The notes under the pieces are model-generated. The model made no database searches, had not been told where the DNA came from, and was given only the letters and a program-made list of their open reading frames with translations. A stretch of 64,000 nucleotides of DNA, from NCBI GenBank assembly GCA_013265495.1, contig MU058423.1, positions 137,061 to 201,060 on the forward strand, given 5' to 3'. How positions within the stretch are numbered: the first letter of the stretch is position 1; every line of letters starts with the position of its first letter. Made by a program: the position numbers and the translations under genes. This DNA comes from Vicugna vicugna. Its lineage: Eukaryota. Positions 57,127 to 64,000 of the stretch are shown here, in pieces.

Positions 57127-60100
57127 TCAGAGCTCATTCCTCCACTCTGGCTCCACCTGCAGGGACAGGCCCCCTTCGCCCTCCCGCTCCTGGGGGAGGT
57201 AGTCATGACAGTGGGGCCCTAGAAAGAAAGGAGGTGAGCTTTGTCTCAGTAACTTAGCTCCTCCCCTAGTACTGTCCCCCAACCTGGCCCCCCCTGGCCC
57301 AGCCATACCTGAGGTAGAGGGGCTGAGTTTGCTTAGACCTTGGAGTAAGTTCTGTCCCTGCTGCAGGTCCAGTTTGGCAGGGAAGGGGCACCCAGTGTAC
57401 CCCCCGTTTTCTTTACAGAACTCCAGGAATCTGTGGGGCACAGGGACATTTATCACAAGCTCAGCTGCATGGGGCTGGCTGAACACGAGCAGGGACTGGA
57501 GGCCCAGCCTCAGTCCTGCACGTCAGCCTGTGTGCCTTGGGCAAGTTGCTTAACCTTGGCAAATTGGGGATATTGTTAAGATAAACAGATTGGAAGATTA
57601 GCTAAACCCCAGGGAGGTGCTTCATAAAGATACAGCTGTCCGAGGCCCCCAGGAGGGACTGAGAGTGGGATGCTCACGCTTTCCAGTCGGGGTCGTGGCC
57701 CAGGAGGAGCGGGTTGCCCACCACGATGAGCAGAGCCTTGGCCCGGGTCACAGCCACATTGAACCTCTGGGAGGAAGAGGTGGTGGGGTCATAGAAGGGA
57801 AGAGCCCTCAGGAAGGAGGAGTTCCTGCTCCCCACCAGCCCTCAAACCTTGGGGTTCTTAAGGAAACCCAGGTTAAAGTCCAGATCCAGCTGCACAAAGC
57901 TCTGGCTGCTCCGCACGGTGGAGATGAGGATGACGCTGCGCTCCTGGCCTTGGAACTCTTCCACGGAGCCCACCTAGAGGGGAGGGAGGCAGGGCCGGAG
58001 GCCAGGGCACTCAGCAGGGGACCAGGGGACCGCCCAGGCCTCAGTGAGCCTGAGGGCAACTGTCACAGTGGAGTGAGCCAGTGTCCTGCCGGGCAGGAAA
58101 GAGGACAGGAGGGTGCCGTGAAAGCTGAAACCTGAAGGGTTAATCCAGTTAAAGGGGTAGGGGCTAGAAAGGGTTCTAAGCAAAGAAAACAAGATTGTGA
58201 AGAGCACTGTAACTCAGCAGTGTTTTTCCAGGTCTCCTGAAGATAGTCACTCAATACTTATTAAAAATATGCAACCTTAGGCCCAGACCTCCTGAATCAA
58301 TTTCCACGGGAGAGCCCTCTAACTCTTAAAGCACCGGTTTTCAGCCCTGGCTGCAAGCTAGATCACCTGAGGAGCCATAATAAACACCCATGCCCTGGCT
58401 CTGCCCCCAGACAGCCGTGTTAATTGGCTGGGTGGAGCCCTGGCAGTACTAAAAGCTCTCCAGGTGATTCTTATCTGAGAATCTGCTGCTGAATGACTCA
58501 GAGGGTGGGAGAGGTGAGTGGGGACATGTCACATGACAGGTCAGCCAGGCAGGGGAGTTTGGACTTTCTCCTTAGGGCACAGACCTTAACCAGCCTGACC
58601 ATAAGGATCCCGTGGTGCTTGCTGAGCACGCAGGCTTTCTGGCCCCATCCCAGACCTACAAGTTGGGATTTCCAGGAGCAGCAGGCTTGGGGAAAGCCCA
58701 AAGTCATGTGAGGCAGGGAGGGTGGAGACCTGGGTTGGCCTGGAGCAGCAGGGCAGGGTATCTGGAAGTGGGGAGGTGAGGGGTACAGAAGTCAGAGAGG
58801 GAGTGTGAAAGAGTGGTGAGGATCACCTTCAAGTCCTTGATGTCATCCAGTCCCCGAAGCTCCTTGTCAAGTTTGGTGATGCAGTAACGGATTTTTTCCA
58901 CCTGGAAGATGGGGACAGGTGCCTTTCTCTCATGCCATTACCCCAGTGCAAGAGGGAGCCAGGCAGGGGCCAGCAGAGGCCTGCACTGGACCCTCTGCCT
59001 AGCAGTCTGGCTACGGAGGTACCATCCTGGGGGGTCCTGCCCACGATGGGAACTGAAGGCCTGACCTGCTTCCGGTATGGGGAGATGATGCCCACGCTTC
59101 GGGGGCTCAGACGGGCTTTGCCCTTCTTGGAGGAGGGGGCCAGGAGCTGCTTCAGGTAGGAAGTCACAGTGGCAGCCTCTTCGGGGTTGAAGAAGGATGG
59201 GCTGTTGCCCTCACGCTCATCCTTGCCCATCACGCCGTGAAAGATGATGGGAAAGCCCTGGACATGGGGTCAGGGGAAACCCTCAGCTGGACCTCCCTGC
59301 CTCCCTTCCCTCCCACTCCCAAACCGTTCCAGCGAGTGTGGGATCCCAGGCCGAGGTGACAAAGGAAGAGGCTCAAGTTTTCACTCAGAACCTCCTGCTA
59401 CCCAGCAGCTTCAGGAAGAAGGAAGTTGGGGTACAGGGGTGAGTACCTGAACGTCTGCCCTGTTCAGCCTCACCTGTCGAGGGAGACCCTCCCAACGGCA
59501 GAAGCGCTCTCGGTCCACAACATCCGCACAGGCCTGCAGCTCCCCTTCATAATAGAGCCGGTTAGGAATGTCCAGGATGGTGGGGTGAGACCTGGGAGGC
59601 AGGAAGAGGAAGAGCAACACCAGGGGCCAGACTGCTTCTGCCCCGTCCTCAGGGACCCCCACTCCACCCGCCTGGGCTCACACACACTGACCTCCTGCCC
59701 ACTGGACGGCAGACTCATTCATCTACAATTTTTGGCACTAGGCACAGAAAGCAGAACCAAGTATGTCGCCCGAGAGTACCCACTCCACAGATTTCATAGA
59801 CCAGTCAAACTTAAAACACCAAGAAATTAGGGGCCCATTCTCACGTTTCGAATTTGCCGAGGAAGAACAATACAAAAGCAAGTATCACCTACTACTGCCA
59901 GTATTTGACAAGATAATGTGTGAAATCTGAGCATATACAGAGTACTAACACAGCAGCTAACATTTACTGAATTCTTAGTGGATTCATCTAAGGAACTAAA
60001 GACACAGGAACTCATCGGAGCATGACGAACGTTGCTCACCTGAGTGTGAAATACATTGTCCCTATTTTTCTTATTTCTCTTTGGATTGCCTGGAAACTTC

Positions 60101-63100
60101 ACCTGGGATTCACATCAGACACAGCCTAGTGTCTGGGAGCCACCGACCATCCCCTGATGTACAGTTAGGCAAACCGCTCTAGAGTGAGGCCACTCGCTAA
60201 GTCACACAGTCAACAAGCAGCAGTGATGGGACTGGAGAGGAGACCTCCTCCACCTTCCAGTCTATGATCTTTTTGCATCACAAAGCCTCTGAGCTACGGG
60301 ATGCTGGGCTGGAGCCTCCAGGGGGGCTCGCAGAGGGTGTGATCCAATGGGACGGCGCAGAAGGTGCGGGTACCTGTAGTTGCGCAGCAGCTTGGTTATG
60401 AACTGGGGGTTAAAGCCCTCGGGACCCTTCTTGTACAGGGCATTGTAGGTGAGCAGCCGCTCCAGCAGTGAGTACCCCAGCCCATACTTCTGGGTCAGTG
60501 GGCAACGCAGCACAGGCCCCAGTTGCCGAGGGTCTCCCGCCAGCACCAGCTGCCCTCCTGGATTATCTGCTTCCTTGACTTCCATCAGCCCTGGGAGGCG
60601 GGTAGCGTGGGGAGAGAGATATGTGGTGGGGCTTCCCCGACCCTATGTGGGGTGGCACGCCCGCAGCTCCCGCTGAACGCCCCCTCACCTGCTATGGCCA
60701 CCAGGCTCTCTGGCTCCATGGAGTGGCCAGCCTCATCGATGAAGATGTGTGTGAAGTGATCAATGGGAAACTGGGCCGAGACCAACCTGGGAGGTGTCAG
60801 GCCAGGCAGGGGTCAGACCCAGGCACCCAGCTACCAAACCTGAATGCTCTCCCAAGCTGGCCCCTCCCACCACGCCCCAGGCACCATTCTTCCCCGTCGC
60901 CCCAGGCTGCTACTTTTTCGTTTAACACACAATTAAGAGACGTGCACATACACACTCCCCACCTGCTGGCAGTGATGAGAGTGGTAATTAAGACACGATA
61001 TTCCTGCAGCTTCTTCTTGGAGGGAAACACGTAATCCCCCTTCTTTGCATCCCAGTTACAGCAGGGCTGAGGGTTGTGCAGGGAGAGGAGGAGTCAGCTT
61101 GGCTCCACCCCCACTGTCACCCTCACTCTGGCTCTGGGCCCCCCACAGGCAACTGTATTTATCACTCTCAATTTACACACAGGGAAACTGGAGCCCAGAG
61201 AGGAGTCCTGACCCACAGAAGGCCACACAGCGAGTATCAGAATCCAGGTCTCCTAGTTTTCTGGCCCCAGTGCCCACCCAGGGCAGCACCTGCCATCCCT
61301 TGGCCCTCCACCTTTCCCAGGTACCTTGATGTCCTCAGGCACCATGCGGATGTCCCTGCTGGGGGCCAGGAGGCGGTAGATGGAGCTGGGCAGGTGGACC
61401 CGGAGCCGCTGGCAGAGGAGGTCGGCCCCTGAGTTGGACGGTGCGCAAGCCAGGATGTGGGCTTTGGGCAAGTGCTTCACCACCTGGGGTGAGGATAAGC
61501 AGATGTGGGAAGCAGCTTCTGGTCTCCAGGGGGAGAGGAGGGAGAAACGTGGTTGTGACTCAGGCTGGTGCAGCGTAGCATTTGTCTCCCGTAGCTGAGA
61601 GAGGGAGTGACTCAAAAGGCTGATGCTGAGCCCCCTACTAGTCCACACAGCACTTTAATGCTGGAAAACTGCTGCAGTAAATATATAAACCACTGCAGTA
61701 AATATATAAACTGAGACATAAATGGTGACTCCAAGAGTCGTACAGAACCCAACCTGCACAACTGTACTCAACAGCCACACTGGCCCTTGGTGCCAGCTCA
61801 GGAGCAAGCACTCAGGGAGCTAGAGGGAACCAAAACCTGGGGACGATTGCTTGGTCCTGGAGCTGGGGTGGGGGGTGGGAGTGCAGACCCCAGGTCTACG
61901 TTCAGGCCCCACCTGCTTGATGGCTTCCACTAAGGTGACAGTCTTGCCAGTGCCCGGAGGCCCAAAGATGATGTAGGGGGCAGGACGGGTGGTGCCCATA
62001 ACAATGTGCTTCATGGCCTGCAGCTGCTCGGGGTTTGACTCCAGACTCCGGTCATACAGCCTGACGGAGGGGTGGGGAACACGATGTCATCCAGCATCCC
62101 AGAGGCCTCCGTGACTCCATCCCTAAGCCCATACTCCAAGGGGCCCCAGAGCCCCCTGCCCAAAGTCTCACTTGAGCTTCACATCTGAGGCCAGCAGCGG
62201 GACCCCTCGGGCGGCCACAGGGAAGAGCATGGGCCACAGCAGCCAGCGCCCTGTCAGCTCCAGGGCGCGGTGCTGCACTCGCAGGGGCTGGCGGTTGAAG
62301 GTGAAGTTCACCTTGAAGGTCAGCCCATCCACAAAGCGGCTCAGGAGGCTTTGGGGGAGAGAGAGGGGAAAGAATTCAGCTAGGGGAGTGGGCAATAAAA
62401 GGCGGGAGTCTCTCCATCTGCCCCACCTCCACTACTTCCTTTCCCAGACCTCCATGCAATCCTCCAGGAAAGGAAGCTGCTGCGGCATCTCAGGGTCCCC
62501 CTGCCCTGTCCCTGGGGTTCCACTCACTTTGGGGAGAAACACCCTTCTCCTTCCTAGCCTCTGGGACATCTTTCTGCAGCTCAGGGCTCCCCCACACCCA
62601 CCTCGTGGAAAAGCTCAGCTTCACACGGTCCAGTTCCACCTTGTGCACAAAGCCCTTGTAGGTGACGGGATCCTCATGATGTGTCTCGGAGGACAACAGG
62701 GCAAACAGGTGGTCACCCCGCAGCACGGAGGGGCGGCTCTCAGCCACCCCGGGAACCTATGGAGCACGAAAACCAGCAAGCTCCTATCCTGGAGATGGCC
62801 AGTGGAGGGCCTGCCCTAGACTCTCCAGACCCCGTTGAGGGACAAGGTCTGAGGCTCTACCCTAGACCCCAGGTTCAGGGAGCTTTGCCTCTTTCTTCTT
62901 CCACCAGACAGGGCAAGAGTCAAGAAATGGGGATGGGACAAGTCTGCCCAAACTGCTCAGACATACTGAGACCAGGAGTCCTGGGGACTCTCCAAGGCAC
63001 AATTTTAGGACCAGCTTTCCAGCCTATTTTGTTGACTCTTGGCCAGCTCAGTTCCCACTCTTTAAAATCTTGTTCAAAACTCAGTTCCTGCAGGAATCTT

Positions 63101-63701
63101 CCCCTGCCGTGCCTTCTCACTGGGTGCCTTTCTCAGTACACATGTGCAGGAATCGACTCGCATGTATAATTAATTCTGGGCTTATGTGAACATATTGAAC
63201 ATCTGAGAGCTGGAAAGGGCTGTTGGAATTATCTGGTACAGCTCAGTGCTTTTCAGGTGAGGGAACTAAGGTCAAGAGTAAGGGACTTGCCCAAGGTCTC
63301 ATGACCGATGGTAGCAAAAATCTGGGCTAAAACCCAGGTCCTCCCCACTGCCCTGCTCTGATACCTCCTTTGGGCCCAGATGCCCACTCTGCTCCTTGTC
63401 AAGCCCTCTGAGCTTGACATCCTTTTGCTTCACCATCCTTTTGCTCTGCTCTGTTGTAGGAGCAGTATTCTGCCCACAGCCTGTGGGTGGGCTGACTCGA
63501 GCCCTTCCTCCCTGTTTCATCTGAGCCCCGACCTCCAGCGTGAGCAGCCCGGGGTTCTGGTCTACAGGGTCCCAGGTCATGGGCACCGACTCCAGATCAT
63601 AGTGCCGGATATCATGCTCCATCTGCAGCTCCTCCAGGTGCAGCAGCAGCCGCAGCTTAACCTCGTAATTCCTCCACTTCAGGGTTGTCTCCAGCTGGGC
63701 C
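57127..63701 (-). CDS. MOV10: Mov10 RISC complex RNA helicase (UPF1-like SF1 helicase); partial, last 15 coding exons, 5' part beyond the window end
   Basis: Exons (minus) 63701-63533, 62756-62602, 62348-62172, 62060-61913, 61483-61325, 61066-60963, 60786-60689, 60590-60374, 59591-59474, 59257-59066, 58901-58827, 57973-57848, 57766-57678, 57430-57309, 57218-57127; all GT-AG and in phase. Walker [49 protein letters not shown]-terminus VEPEWRNEL*. Confidence 0.97.
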
Positions 63702-64000
63702 CTGGCAGTGATGGAGGAGGGTGGGAGGGGACAGGAACAGGACCGGTCAGGCAACCCCATGCCCAGGAGCACCCACCCTCTCCCACCTGCAGCTCTGGGA
63801 CTATGAAGACATCAGGAATCAGGAAAGACTAGAAGGACAGAGAAGCAGATGGGGGTCAGAGGCCTCCAAGGGAGCCCCTGACCTCTACCTCAGACCTGAC
63901 TCACATTTGTACTGTGGATCCTGGGGCCTGGGAAAGTCCTCTCCCCAAGATCCTCCTATGACTCACACCCTCACCTCTTTCAAATGTCACTCTTTGCTCA

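Overview
Mammalian genomic DNA, most likely a camelid (inferred from four tRNA-Ala-derived vic-1-like SINEs). The gene order matches the conserved MOV10-RHOC-PPM1J-TAFA3 block. Positions 1-33 kb carry no recognisable protein-coding gene: they hold LTRs, a decayed ERVL provirus with nested insertions, L1/L2/MIR and DNA-transposon fragments, an orphan CpG island and several motif-dense stretches with no repeat I could recognise, which look like enhancers. Positions 33-64 kb hold four intron-containing genes whose exons I could phase by hand with GT-AG boundaries: TAFA3/FAM19A3 (-, 133 aa), PPM1J (+, 505 aa), RHOC (+, 193 aa) and the last 15 coding exons of MOV10 (-, 5' end outside the window). 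I found no clearly new protein-coding system. The best leads are regulatory: a MER41-like LTR with an intact GAS/STAT site inside TAFA3, a 14-bp tandem duplication that would put an upstream ATG in frame with TAFA3, an orphan CpG island with an adjacent motif cluster, and a possible poison exon in MOV10. Repeat family names come from my recognition of the sequence, not from a database search.
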